DNA of 64,000 bases, from assembly GCA_023393635.1 (NCBI GenBank), contig JAEWKT010000052.1:13573-77572 (forward strand). Reading direction: 5' to 3'. The notes beneath the pieces are model-generated. The model was not told the origin of the DNA. It did not search any database and saw only the letters and a program-made list of their open reading frames with translations. This stretch comes from Pseudomonadota bacterium (GTDB lineage: Bacteria; Pseudomonadota; Gammaproteobacteria; Pseudomonadales; Moraxellaceae). Shown piece after piece: positions 26,224 through 36,819 of the stretch (within the stretch, counting starts at the first letter, position 1; each line of letters opens with the position of its first letter). The position numbers and the translations under genes are program-made.

Positions 26224-26484
26224 ATGACTAACACGCGCGCTCACATGACCACTTTATTTGAGCAACTTGGACTTGAGTCTAGTAATGAAGCCATTGCCAA
26301 GTTTATTGAAACTCACCAATTAGATGCTGATACCTCACTCATCCAAGCGCCTTACTGGAATGAAGCACAGCGTCAATTTCTGGCAAATAAAATAAAAACC
26401 GATGATGCCACCTGGACAATTATTGTGGATCAGCTCAATGAATCCCTACATGAAGACGCAGTGAAACGCTCCCAGCAAGCTTAA
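26224..26484 (+). CDS. DUF2789 family protein
   Basis: LFEQLGL...I..FI..HQL...A.YW...QRQFL...IVDQLN pattern; AGGTG RBS. Confidence 0.8.
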   Translation: MTNTRAHMTTLFEQLGLESSNEAIAKFIETHQLDADTSLIQAPYWNEAQRQFLANKIKTDDATWTIIVDQLNESLHEDAVKRSQQA

Positions 26485-26512
26485 AAGAAATGTTTGCAGG
26501 CTAAGCTACAAC

Positions 26513-27106
26513 TTACTGAATCCAGCGAATTGCCTGTACGCGCAATATCTCACATGCGCCATCACCTACATCATCACGTGACAATGAGCTAGTCCATTTC
26601 CAGCCGTGATCATCAATTTCTACCAAGTCACCGTGCAGTTGTACCAAATCCCCTTGCTTTACGGTATTTAACTGTGCGGCAATAGCGGGACTTGCTGGAA
26701 TAATATGAATATTAGACACCAGTTGCATGGCTTTTTTGGGCGGTAACGGCAAGGTATTCATGCGCCATGTTAAATAGCGATTGCTTTGTTGTATGCCAAT
26801 GAGTGGATAATAATGTTTACTGGCCAATATGCCTTCACTGACTGCAAAATCCACAGGCGAGAACTGCGCCTCACGGTCGTTGTTATAATCCTTGCGCCCT
26901 AAAATACGGAACTGCCCTGCAAACTGCTCCAGCACTTTGACATGTTGGTTTTGTGCGGGTGCCAGACCTTGCGCCACATTAAACACAGGCGTATTAAAAT
27001 GGGTAACTGGCCGATTGGCTAAGGTCGGCAGACTCATGAACCCTAAAAGAATAATGACACTGATCTGCAAAAACCGCATCTGGGTCACCTCTATGAGGTT
27101 TATCAA
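26513..27106 (-). CDS. Hypothetical exported protein
   Basis: Signal-peptide-like N-terminus (likely start at MRFLQ); conserved-looking SPVDFA, NIHIIPA and WTSSLSRDDVGDGACE motifs. Function unknown. Confidence 0.7.
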   Translation of the reverse strand: MINLIEVTQMRFLQISVIILLGFMSLPTLANRPVTHFNTPVFNVAQGLAPAQNQHVKVLEQFAGQFRILGRKDYNNDREAQFSPVDFAVSEGILASKHYYPLIGIQQSNRYLTWRMNTLPLPPKKAMQLVSNIHIIPASPAIAAQLNTVKQGDLVQLHGDLVEIDDHGWKWTSSLSRDDVGDGACEILRVQAIRWIQ

Positions 27107-27456
27107 TAATAGATGTATTAAAAACTATAAAAGCTTATAAAATAGGGAGAACGCTGCAAAAATTGGCAAGAAAGTGAGTAGATATGTGTATTATCTGGGT
27201 GCAGTATAGAAAAGATGATAGATGTTAAGGTCGTTGCTCAATAAATTTTAGTAAAAGAAGGGGTAATAAAGCAGCCAATTGATTTACAATGCTTTTACTT
27301 AATTTTTATCCAATAAATACACGGCCTAAGTTTGTTTTTAACATAAAACAGGAACATCTTATGTTTAAATTCACGCTATTTTGCATTTTGCTGCTTGTGT
27401 ATACAGCGTGTTTGTTTAAGATAAAGCTAAAAAGCCACCTTAGTTAAGGACTTAAT

Positions 27457-28548
27457 GTGCAAGATACCTCTGCAATTCAGCGCTTATTGCTATTAAGTCT
27501 ATTTATTGGGCTCATGCTACTTAGCTTTCAGGTGCTTAAGTTTTTTATTGTGCCTGTACTATGGGCAGCCATTTTGGCATATATCACCTGGCCGATTTAT
27601 CAGGCCATTTTGCGCAACTTTGGTCAGCGCAATAATTTAAGCGCACTCACCATGACGGCTATTTTAAGCATAGTGATTGGTGTGCCATTTATTATGGCCA
27701 TTTTTATGCTGCAACATGAAGGCCGTGATTTATACTTAAACTTACAACGACAAATTTTTTCTGGTGGCATTGTACTGCCCGATGTCATCAAAAGTGTGCC
27801 GATTATTGGCCCAGAATTAAATACAATGGTGCAACACCTAAACGCTCACCCTACTGATTTGGCCATTACTATTCGTAGCTGGATTCAGGGGCATGTTGGT
27901 TTTGGTAAGGTAGTGATTGGTGAAATTAGCCGCAATATTTTTAAACTTACCCTGGCCATTTTAACCCTGTTTTTCTTTTATCGTGATGGCACTTATATTC
28001 TGGATCAAGTGCGTACTGCGCTCAACAAAGTCATTGGTTACCGCGTGCATGGTTATTTGCATGCCATTGGGGAAACCACGCGTGCAGTGGTATATGGCGT
28101 GGGTTTAACAGCTTTAGCACAAGCCTTACTGGCAGGTTTGGGCTACTGGGTGGCTGGCGTACCAAACCCCATCGTGCTGACGTTTGCGACGTTTTTACTG
28201 GCGTTAATTCCATTTGGAACGCCCTTTGCGTGGGGGAGTGTTAGTATCTGGTTGCTCTCGCAAGGCTATACCTGGGAAGCCGCTGGCCTTGCCATGTGGG
28301 GCTTATGTGTGGTGAGCTGGATTGATAATGTGATTCGTCCGTGGGTCATTTCTGGTGCTACCAAAATTCCATTTTTATTGATTATGTTTGGTGTACTGGG
28401 CGGCCTGGCCAGTTTTGGTATGGTAGGCGTGTTTGTGGGGCCTGTGGTATTGGCAGTGTTGCTGGCAGTATGGCGCGAATGGTTGCACCAAAAATCAATC
28501 GAGCCAGAACAGGAAGAGTTATTTGAAGACCATCAGCCGCTGTTATAG
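27457..28548 (+). CDS. AI-2E family transporter
   Basis: Polytopic membrane protein with FFFYRDG, IDNVIRP and GGLASFGMVGVFVGPV; AAGGA RBS before GTG. Confidence 0.92.
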   Translation: MQDTSAIQRLLLLSLFIGLMLLSFQVLKFFIVPVLWAAILAYITWPIYQAILRNFGQRNNLSALTMTAILSIVIGVPFIMAIFMLQHEGRDLYLNLQRQIFSGGIVLPDVIKSVPIIGPELNTMVQHLNAHPTDLAITIRSWIQGHVGFGKVVIGEISRNIFKLTLAILTLFFFYRDGTYILDQVRTALNKVIGYRVHGYLHAIGETTRAVVYGVGLTALAQALLAGLGYWVAGVPNPIVLTFATFLLALIPFGTPFAWGSVSIWLLSQGYTWEAAGLAMWGLCVVSWIDNVIRPWVISGATKIPFLLIMFGVLGGLASFGMVGVFVGPVVLAVLLAVWREWLHQKSIEPEQEELFEDHQPLL

Positions 28549-28572
28549 CGGCTTTTTAAATGTATTGAAAAT

Positions 28573-29886
28573 TCATTCATCCACAAATTCGCCTAACACA
28601 TCATTTAAATAATTAAAGCCCTGTGCCGTACATTGTAATCGGCTGCTATGGGATAGCAAGTTATTGCCTACTAATAGGCCACGCTGTCTTAACTGGCTAA
28701 GTACTGGTTGCAATGGATCTAAACTTAATCCTGTTCTTTGGGCATAAAACTCATGAGGCACGCCCTCTTTGAGCCGTAACGCATTCATCATAAATTCAAA
28801 GGGCATGTCCTTAGCTTGAATGGCTTGCCAATGCAGCATACTGGCAGGTTGCTGAGCCAGATAATCTTTGGGCAAACGGGTTTTTTGAAAACGATAAACA
28901 CCATTAGTCTGAGTCACTTTGCCATGTGCGCCTGCGCCGATCGCCAGGTAATCACCAAACTGCCAGTAGTTGATGTTGTGCCGACAAGGCTGTTCTTTGG
29001 CCCATGCCGATACTTCGTATTGCACAAAACCATGCTGACGCAATACCTCTTCCCCCGCCTGTTGAATATCGGCCAGTGTATCGTCGTCAGGCAAGGTGGG
29101 CTGGGTTCTAAAAAATACGGTGTTGGGTTCAATGGTCAGTTGATACCAAGAAATATGCGTGGCACCGTGTGTAATGGCCGTGTGCAAATCATGCAAGGCC
29201 TGTGCCTGGGTTTGTTCTGGCAAGCCATGCATGAGGTCAACATTCACCCGATTAAAACCAGCTTCGCGCGCACGTCTAATCGCCTGTATCGCATCCTCCT
29301 GATTATGCACACGGCCAAGGCGTTGTAACTGAGCTGGATTAAAGGTTTGCACCCCCAAAGACAGACGGTTAATACCTGCAGCCAAATAATTGGCAAATGG
29401 CTGATGTTCCAGTGTGCCAGGGTTGGCTTCCAGGGTAATTTCGCAATCATCGCTGAATAAAAACAGGTTTTTTAGCTGCGTGAATAGCCACTCATAACCC
29501 TTGGCAGAAATAAGTGACGGCGTGCCACCGCCAATAAAAATACTTGAAATGCATCTGCCTTGTGCCAATGGTTGCTGTTGTGCTGCATCTTTTATCAAAG
29601 CATGTAAATATGCTTGCTCAAGCTCCGCAGACAATGCACTATCTGGCGATATTGGAGTAGATGTTTGATTAAAAAGGGCATTTATCCCTAAACTGGGTGA
29701 CGCCTCCTGCAAGGTTGACATGGATTGCTCAACCAGACGTTGTTGCGCTCCCTGTCGATCAGGCACCACATGTGAATTAAAATCACAGTAGGGGCATTTT
29801 TTAATACACCACGGCATATGAATATATAAAGCAAGCGGGATGTCTGCTGGCTGCATATCAACTTGATCAGTCAAGGCTGCTGTCAT
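28573..29886 (-). CDS. hemW: Radical SAM heme chaperone HemW
   Basis: YIHMPWCIKKCPYCDFNS, GGGTPS, EANP, YEVS, HNINYW. Confidence 0.93.
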   Translation of the reverse strand: MTAALTDQVDMQPADIPLALYIHMPWCIKKCPYCDFNSHVVPDRQGAQQRLVEQSMSTLQEASPSLGINALFNQTSTPISPDSALSAELEQAYLHALIKDAAQQQPLAQGRCISSIFIGGGTPSLISAKGYEWLFTQLKNLFLFSDDCEITLEANPGTLEHQPFANYLAAGINRLSLGVQTFNPAQLQRLGRVHNQEDAIQAIRRAREAGFNRVNVDLMHGLPEQTQAQALHDLHTAITHGATHISWYQLTIEPNTVFFRTQPTLPDDDTLADIQQAGEEVLRQHGFVQYEVSAWAKEQPCRHNINYWQFGDYLAIGAGAHGKVTQTNGVYRFQKTRLPKDYLAQQPASMLHWQAIQAKDMPFEFMMNALRLKEGVPHEFYAQRTGLSLDPLQPVLSQLRQRGLLVGNNLLSHSSRLQCTAQGFNYLNDVLGEFVDE

Positions 29887-29903
29887 TTTTTGGGAGTCTC
29901 AAT

Positions 29904-30356
29904 GTGGCCTATTGGCTAATGAAATCTGAACCGAGTGGTTTTGGCATCGATCACTTACAACAACTGGGCACGGCATTATGGGATGGTGTGCGTAATTATC
30001 AGGCACGTAACTTCTTACGGCAAATGAAAGCGGGTGATCAAGCGTTTTTTTATCACTCAAATTGTAAAGTGCCTGGCATTGTGGGCGTGATGAACATTGT
30101 TCAAGGGGGTTATGCAGATCCTACGCAGTTTAACCCAGAGCATCGCTACTATGACCCCAAGTCTATTCTGGATAAACCACGCTGGACGGGTGTTGATGTT
30201 GAGTTTGTCGAAAAATGGCCAGAAATTTTACCACTATCCACCTTGCGTGAAATACCCGAACTTGAAAACCTGCCACTATTACAACGAGGCAGTCGTTTAT
30301 CGCTCATGCCCATCAGTGCAGCACAGTGGCAAATTATTTTAGACCATCAGCCCTAA
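29904..30356 (+). CDS. EVE domain protein
   Basis: YWLMKSEP, WDGVRNYQARN, FFYHSNC, RLS motifs. Confidence 0.95.
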   Translation: MAYWLMKSEPSGFGIDHLQQLGTALWDGVRNYQARNFLRQMKAGDQAFFYHSNCKVPGIVGVMNIVQGGYADPTQFNPEHRYYDPKSILDKPRWTGVDVEFVEKWPEILPLSTLREIPELENLPLLQRGSRLSLMPISAAQWQIILDHQP

Positions 30357-30428
30357 ATACTGATTAAATTACTGGTTAAATTTATATCAGACCCTCGCTA
30401 CCCAATATTGAACTGAGTACACCGCACC

Positions 30429-30884
30429 ATGAAAGGACTAGAAATAAGCACATTGCTCATGCTGGGCTTGGCTGGCGGTGTGGCGTTGGCCAGTCAAGCG
30501 GGCGTCAACTCGCAGCTAAGGCAATATTTACACTCGCCTTATCAGGCTGCTTTTTTTTCCTTTTTGGTAGGTACATTGGTGCTCGGCATGGTGGTGTTGC
30601 TACAAAGCCAATCCCGTATTCAACTACAAGAAATCATGGGGATGCCTGTCTGGTTATGGATGGGTGGTTTGCTGGGGGCATTTGGCGTGAGTGTATCGAT
30701 TATTTTGGCACCACGGCTAGGCGCGGTCAATTTAACCATTGTGATTGTGTGCGGTCAGCTATTGGCTGCGATGGTACTGGATCATTTTGGCTGGCTCGGT
30801 TTTGCAAAACATCCCATTAACTGGCAACGGGTATCTGGTGTACTACTGGTAATAGTGGGATTAGTATTAACAGTTAAGTATTAA
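30429..30884 (+). CDS. DMT family transporter (YdcZ/DUF606-like)
   Basis: QAGVNSQL, WLWMGGLLG, PRLG, GQL...DHFGW. Confidence 0.9.
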   Translation: MKGLEISTLLMLGLAGGVALASQAGVNSQLRQYLHSPYQAAFFSFLVGTLVLGMVVLLQSQSRIQLQEIMGMPVWLWMGGLLGAFGVSVSIILAPRLGAVNLTIVIVCGQLLAAMVLDHFGWLGFAKHPINWQRVSGVLLVIVGLVLTVKY

Positions 30885-31004
30885 TATTTATTTTTTTATA
30901 ACCAAACACACACTTTACTTACCAAGCTAATTTAAAACATTACCCTTTATTGTTTAAGTGCTCACTAGAATTTGCTGATATCCATTTGATCCGAGTAAGC
31001 ACTG

Positions 31005-31856
31005 ATGAAAAAAGCAACGAATAAGACAATAAAACTAGGTATGAGTCTGGCTGGTGGGCTTGCCGCAGCAATGCTATTAACTGCGTGTGGCGGTAATAGC
31101 AGTGATGATTTTGGCCCTGCGGTAGAAAATCAGCCAGGTGGCAATTTATTTGGTTTTTATGCTGAAAGTATGGATGCTGATGATCCAGATCCAACAGTTG
31201 GCGGTATTTATGTCGATGCGCCTAATGGCACAGGGACGGTAAAAGGCCGTATGTCATTTCGCTATTTTGCCTGTCAGGATGGCGGCACCAATAGCCTGGA
31301 AGTAAAAGGGCAAAAAGCCACCAGTAAAATTATTGGTAGCGTAGAAGGAACATTAGACTCTGCATCCAGCGTAAACAAAAATCAAAATATTGCATTAAGC
31401 TTTAATACCAGCTACAAGCGCAGTGATAACCGTTATGAAGGTGACTACACCATTGGCGGCAATAAAGAAAATGACTTACGCACTATAAGGGATTGTGGTT
31501 TAACAGGGAGCGATCAGCAATTTACACTGGCACGTAAAGGCAACATAACCTTGTATCCTGAAAATACGGTAATGCCTAATAACTTTGATATTAAACAAGC
31601 GGGACGCATCATTAGCTTTGACAATCAGCCAAGCACTGCCCGTAAATTATTAGTGAATGTGATTAATCCATCTGCTATTGGCGACAGCAAGTCAAACGGG
31701 ATTATCTATCAGCAAGTGGCTGATGATTTGCGCCTCCTAACCACTGAAATTCCATCTCGTGAAGTGCAAGCTGGCCAAAACTATATTGTCGTGGTGCAAA
31801 TGTTTGACCAAAACAATAAAGCCGTGGCCTTTAAACAAAAAACCATGAAATTTTAA
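31005..31856 (+). CDS. Hypothetical lipoprotein
   Basis: Basic N-terminus, h-region and lipobox LTAC-GG; beta-rich mature part; family not recognised. Confidence 0.75.
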   Translation: MKKATNKTIKLGMSLAGGLAAAMLLTACGGNSSDDFGPAVENQPGGNLFGFYAESMDADDPDPTVGGIYVDAPNGTGTVKGRMSFRYFACQDGGTNSLEVKGQKATSKIIGSVEGTLDSASSVNKNQNIALSFNTSYKRSDNRYEGDYTIGGNKENDLRTIRDCGLTGSDQQFTLARKGNITLYPENTVMPNNFDIKQAGRIISFDNQPSTARKLLVNVINPSAIGDSKSNGIIYQQVADDLRLLTTEIPSREVQAGQNYIVVVQMFDQNNKAVAFKQKTMKF

Positions 31857-32053
31857 TGCAGGTTTTAAATAATCATTAATTGATAAGTTTATGTTGTGCC
31901 AACCCATGCTGTGCAGTACTAGCTTGTACTGTGCAGCATTTTTTATCATGGCGGATTTTATCAGGACATTTTAAAAACAGCAGTTGAAGTTTTACTTCTT
32001 GACCAATAGAGCAGATACAATACTGCCTCTTATAAAATGATAGGCAAAAGGCT

Positions 32054-33424
32054 GTGTGGTCACGCACCCAACGAAACAAAGAAATTGGTATTTTATTTCA
32101 CCTCATGTGGCCTATTTTAATTACCCAAATTGCGCAGGCAGGGTTTGGCCTCATTGATACCATTATGGCTGGCCGCTTATCTGCCACTGATTTGGCGGTG
32201 GTTGCCGTAGGGGTAGGTTTATGGCTGCCTGTGGTGCTGTTTTTGTCAGGCGTAATGATTGCCACCACACCGCTGGTGGCCAAAGCCAAAGGTGCCAATC
32301 AGCCGCAGCAAATTCCCTGGATTACCCAGCAAGCCCTATATTTAGCCTTATTACTTGGCCTGGTGGGTTTTGCCATATTACAACTCGCACCACTTACTTT
32401 TAACCTGCTCGATATACCCCAGCACTTACAGCCCAAAGCACACTTCTTTTTACATGCCATTGCCTATGGTTTGCCTGCTGTAACCTTATTTGCGGCATTA
32501 CGCGGCTACACCGAAGCCATTGGGCGGCCGCGTCCAGTTACTGTAATTAGCCTACTTGGCTTAGTGGGCATTATTCCGCTGAACTATATTTTTATGAATG
32601 GCTTGTTTGGCTTGCCAAAGCTGGGCGGTGCAGGCTGTGGCATTGCAACTGCTACCATACAATGGCTCATGCTGATTACTTTAGCCATTTATTTAAGTGT
32701 GTCTAAAACCTATCAGGACATTAAAATTTTTCAAAAATTTAGCCGCTTTGATAAAGCCATGATTGGCCAGATTTTTGCATTGGGTGCGCCCATTGGCATG
32801 GCGATATTTTTTGAAGTCAGCCTGTTTAGTATTGCAGCCATTATTTTAAGTCCTTTGGGCGAAATTGTGGTGTCATCGCACCAAATTGCTTTGTCCGTCA
32901 CCTCTTTGTTTTTTATGGTGCCACTGGCATTGGGCATGGCATTAACCATACGTGTGGGGCAATTGTATGGTGAAAAAAACTGGGAAGTGATGCAGCATAT
33001 TCAGCGTTTAGGCTTTATGTTTGCAGTAATCATGTCGCTAAGCACCATGGTGATTATCTGGTTGTTCAGGGAACAAATTACCAGTTTTTATACCAATGAC
33101 CCTACCGTACAAATTACCGCTGCTGGCTTATTGTTGTTTGCCTTAATGTACCAGCTACCTGATGCGTGGCAAGTGGCCGCTGCTGGCTGTTTACGTGGCA
33201 TGCAGGACACGCGGGGACCGATGTGGATTACCCTATTATCATATTGGGGCATTGCACTGCCATTAGGAATTATATTTTCACGGGTACTGCCTTATGGCGC
33301 AGCAGGATTCTGGACAGGTCTGGTGATTGGTTTAAGTATTGCAGCAGTATTACTCAGTTTGCGTTTAAGACATTGGCGCAAAGTGTTATTTAACAGTTTA
33401 AATGCGAACGTGAATGAAATCTAA
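32054..33424 (+). CDS. MATE family efflux transporter (NorM/AbeM-like)
   Basis: IDTIMAG, LGGAGCGIAT, GAPIG..IFFEV, LRGMQDT; about 12 hydrophobic segments. Confidence 0.93.
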   Translation: MWSRTQRNKEIGILFHLMWPILITQIAQAGFGLIDTIMAGRLSATDLAVVAVGVGLWLPVVLFLSGVMIATTPLVAKAKGANQPQQIPWITQQALYLALLLGLVGFAILQLAPLTFNLLDIPQHLQPKAHFFLHAIAYGLPAVTLFAALRGYTEAIGRPRPVTVISLLGLVGIIPLNYIFMNGLFGLPKLGGAGCGIATATIQWLMLITLAIYLSVSKTYQDIKIFQKFSRFDKAMIGQIFALGAPIGMAIFFEVSLFSIAAIILSPLGEIVVSSHQIALSVTSLFFMVPLALGMALTIRVGQLYGEKNWEVMQHIQRLGFMFAVIMSLSTMVIIWLFREQITSFYTNDPTVQITAAGLLLFALMYQLPDAWQVAAAGCLRGMQDTRGPMWITLLSYWGIALPLGIIFSRVLPYGAAGFWTGLVIGLSIAAVLLSLRLRHWRKVLFNSLNANVNEI

Positions 33425-33573
33425 ACCAGCATTGTGAATAAAAATCACTGCACAGCTTGTATAAAACTGGGCGGCATAAACACATTTGCCAACAAAACCC
33501 TATGCTTTATCACTTGGCAGTCGCTGGGGCGCATGCCACACTAGCGTTCATTTAAGTAGTCAAGGTTGTCGTT

Positions 33574-34887
33574 GTGGCTGAAAAAATCAGTACGCCTGGT
33601 CGTCGCTTTATGAAACTTGCTGGTATGACGGCCAGCATTGCAGGTAAAGCGGTTAGCAACTCAATTAAGTCTATTAATTCTAACGAAGAAGAAAAACTAG
33701 CAGCCAAAAGCCGTCTTTACGAAGATATTGGGGTAAAAATTGCCGAAACCTTAGGTGAAATGAAAGGTGCGGTCATGAAAGTAGGACAAATCGCCTCGCA
33801 ATATAAAGATATCTTTCCGCCTGAAGTGGCCAAAGCCATTGCCAAGTTGCAACGCCAAGCACCTGCGGTGCCTTTTAGCACCATCCAGTACCAAATAGAA
33901 CGCGAAATGGGCAAACCACTGGCAGAGATTTTTGCCAGCTTTGATTCTGAACCATTTGCTGCGGCATCTATTGGTCAAGTACATCGTGCAGTGCTACCAA
34001 GTGGTGAAAAGGTGGTGGTGAAAGTCCAATATCCAGGCGTTGATGAAGCCTGCGAGAGTGACTTAAAACAAGTGCGGCTTGCCTTAAGACTGGCAGGTGT
34101 CTTTAAAATTGATAAAAAGTTACAAGACAAATTGTTTGCCGAGATGCAAGACAGTCTAACGGCTGAGCTGAACTACAATATTGAAGCACATAATTTACAA
34201 GTGTTTGCCACGTTTCATCAGCCCTTAGACAGCAAAGTCATTATTCCTAAAGTTTATCCTGCCTACTCTACCCGCCGTGTGCTGACCTTAAGTGAAGAAT
34301 TGGGTGACACTATTGAAACCGCATCCACATGGTCACAAGAACTGCGCAATGAGCTGGGTCAGCGTTTATTTCGGTTAATTAGCCAGGAAGTGTTTTACTT
34401 ACATAGCTTTCATACCGATCCACATCCAGGCAATTTTGCCTTTAGACCCGATGGCTCAGTGGTGGTATATGACTACGGCAGCACCAAAACCTTGAGTCCT
34501 GACGTGGTAGAAATAAATAAGCAACTGGTACAGGCAGCATTTGCGCGTGATATCCCTGCTTTAGAGCAAGCCTTGCGCGCGTTGCATGTGCGCACCAATA
34601 ACGGCCAAATTCCAGCGGAGTTTTATCAGCAATGGATTGATATTTTAATTAGCCCATTAGATGGTGAATATGATTTTGCCAAAAATACGGCGCATCATGA
34701 TGCAGTCGCATTGGCTAAAAAATCTTTAAAATATTGGGATAGCTTCCAGCCGTCGCCAGAAACCATGATGCTCAACCGCACTATTTCTGGTCAGTACTGG
34801 AATATGATTAACCTAAAAGTAAAAGATAATTTTAGGCCGTTATTGGAAGAAGTAGTGCCATTGCAAGGTACTGCATCGTCCCCCTGA
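33574..34887 (+). CDS. ABC1/UbiB/AarF family atypical kinase
   Basis: MKVGQ, AAASIGQVH, VKVQYPG, HTDPHPGN, DYG. Confidence 0.93.
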   Translation: MAEKISTPGRRFMKLAGMTASIAGKAVSNSIKSINSNEEEKLAAKSRLYEDIGVKIAETLGEMKGAVMKVGQIASQYKDIFPPEVAKAIAKLQRQAPAVPFSTIQYQIEREMGKPLAEIFASFDSEPFAAASIGQVHRAVLPSGEKVVVKVQYPGVDEACESDLKQVRLALRLAGVFKIDKKLQDKLFAEMQDSLTAELNYNIEAHNLQVFATFHQPLDSKVIIPKVYPAYSTRRVLTLSEELGDTIETASTWSQELRNELGQRLFRLISQEVFYLHSFHTDPHPGNFAFRPDGSVVVYDYGSTKTLSPDVVEINKQLVQAAFARDIPALEQALRALHVRTNNGQIPAEFYQQWIDILISPLDGEYDFAKNTAHHDAVALAKKSLKYWDSFQPSPETMMLNRTISGQYWNMINLKVKDNFRPLLEEVVPLQGTASSP

Positions 34888-34939
34888 TGCTTTATTTAAG
34901 TTTATTTTCGGAGCAACTTTTATTTTGGAGTAACCTGCC

Positions 34940-35146
34940 ATGACCTCGACTAAACCAACTGATTTTGAACCATCTACTTCTGAGCCACAAACGCTGGAGC
35001 AACTAGAACACAACGTAGATGAAGATATCCGCAAACTACGCGAAGCACAGCAGTTTCGCACCCTGGAAGAAAAAGTTCAGGATCTAAAAAAGCAGGGGAT
35101 TGACCCCGCCAAAACATGTGATACACGCGGTGATGAAGAAGATTAA
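34940..35146 (+). CDS. Small hypothetical charged protein
   Basis: 68 aa, GGAG RBS, coiled-coil-like, fills an otherwise empty gap. Confidence 0.65.
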   Translation: MTSTKPTDFEPSTSEPQTLEQLEHNVDEDIRKLREAQQFRTLEEKVQDLKKQGIDPAKTCDTRGDEED

Positions 35147-35282
35147 AGCCTTGCCACACTTTTTTAAAAAAGACATCAGCTTCTAGTACTGTAGGGTACT
35201 GGTTGCTGTATGGTAAGTTAACTGCTTCTTATACATAGCTCAATGCCTCATGTGGTTCTATGCTGGATATGACTCTAAATGA

Positions 35283-35669
35283 TTAATTTAGAACCATTTT
35301 AACCATACTATAGGTTAACCACATGGCACAAACGCCAACAATGATGCTTAAACTGGCATAACTCAAGGCAATAAGTATCTCACCACGTCGAATGAGCCCA
35401 AGCGTTTCAATGCCAAAAGCCGAAAACGTGGTAAAACCGCCCAATAAACCTGTCACGATAAACAGTCGTGCTTCCTGACTTATGCTTTGCACGGATTCTG
35501 CCACTAACAGAAATACCCCCGCCAGCATACAACCCAAAATATTGACGCTAAAGGTACCCCATGGAAAATGTACGGGGTTGACTTGCTTTACCACAAAGGC
35601 AGATACGCTATAACGCACCATCGAACCAATGGCACCGCCAAGCGCAACCCAGATTAATGGATGAATCAT
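35283..35669 (-). CDS. crcB: Fluoride channel CrcB/FluC
   Basis: GGAIGS.VRY, FPWGTFSVN, TGLLGGFTTFS. Confidence 0.95.
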   Translation of the reverse strand: MIHPLIWVALGGAIGSMVRYSVSAFVVKQVNPVHFPWGTFSVNILGCMLAGVFLLVAESVQSISQEARLFIVTGLLGGFTTFSAFGIETLGLIRRGEILIALSYASLSIIVGVCAMWLTYSMVKMVLN

Positions 35670-35730
35670 GCTATTGCTCTACCCACATGTTATTGGTCTG
35701 CCAGAAATAATAAAAATTACATGTGCAACA

Positions 35731-36513
35731 TTATAAGTATTTTTGCAGTAAGCCAATGAAGGAGGATGGCACAATACGTTGCACCTGATGCACCACTGCC
35801 CACGGCAATTTGGGCACAATGGCATTTTTCTTTTTGGCCAAAATAGCAGTAAGTATTTCTTCGGCCACCTCACTGGCCTTGGCCACAATGGGCAAACCAT
35901 GCGAATTAAAACCCTGCAATAAATCCGTGCTGACAAAGCCTGGATAAATCACGCTTACTGCAATATTTTCACGTAATAATGGCGCACGTACTGCATTAAA
36001 ATAACTACTCACTGCTGCTTTGCTGGCAGAATAAGCGGCACCACTGGGCAATGGAATAAATGCCGAATAGGATGAAATGACCGCAATTTGACCTGCGCTT
36101 GCCTGCGCTCTAAACAGGGCAATGGCTGCTTCGCTAGTGGCAATCGCCCCTAGCACATTGGTTTGAAACACTTGTGCATCGCGATCAATACGTCCATCCC
36201 CTACCTTACGGTTTTTTAATATCCCTGCGTTGGCCACCACAATATCAATATTGCCCAACAAATCACTAAAGCCTAAAAATAAAGGTGTGATTTTGTCACT
36301 ATCATGGATATCCAGGGCAGCCACCTCCACTTGTACCTGATATTTTTCACGTATTTTTTCTGCTAAATTTTCAAGCCGCTCCAAGCGTCTGGCCACCAGT
36401 GCCAAATTCATGCCACGCTTGGCAGCTGCCCATGCCAGTGCTTCGCCAATGCCGCTAGATGCGCCAGTGATTAATATTACTTTTTGTTGTGTTGACGATA
36501 GCAAATTAGCCAT
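35731..36513 (-). CDS. SDR family oxidoreductase
   Basis: TGASSGIG, NAG, YSASK. ATG 36513 preferred (ORF open from 36540). Confidence 0.92.
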   Translation of the reverse strand: MANLLSSTQQKVILITGASSGIGEALAWAAAKRGMNLALVARRLERLENLAEKIREKYQVQVEVAALDIHDSDKITPLFLGFSDLLGNIDIVVANAGILKNRKVGDGRIDRDAQVFQTNVLGAIATSEAAIALFRAQASAGQIAVISSYSAFIPLPSGAAYSASKAAVSSYFNAVRAPLLRENIAVSVIYPGFVSTDLLQGFNSHGLPIVAKASEVAEEILTAILAKKKNAIVPKLPWAVVHQVQRIVPSSFIGLLQKYL

Positions 36514-36819
36514 TGTTTTGTTGCTCCGTGCTTGTTTCAAATCAGACCGTAAAATTAAGGGATATATCTAACAAATATCAGCCATTATAAATGGATGAGG
36601 GATTTAACCATACTTGGGCTAGTGCCATTATTATAATGTAATTGTGTGACATTTCTTTTAGTAACTTCATCACAGCATACCTGCCCACAAGATACCCAAA
36701 CTATAAACATGGCTTGCAAATCAAATACACACTTCATTTTAGTTTTAAGGTTTGATAGTTAAGAACTTATTTATGTTAAGTCATGACTAGAAAGACAAAT
36801 TATTTGAGGAGAAGAACCG

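Noticed and set aside
27337..27370. dif/pdif-like site (TTATGTT arms; a similar arm near 36771)
   Set aside because: XerD-like half only; no XerC arm at 6-bp spacing.
29904..30356. EVE protein as part of a modification-dependent restriction system
   Set aside because: Stand-alone, host-like composition, no nuclease neighbour.
35670..35730. Canonical fluoride riboswitch upstream of crcB
   Set aside because: The GGCGAUGG...CGCC / UGAUG consensus is absent.
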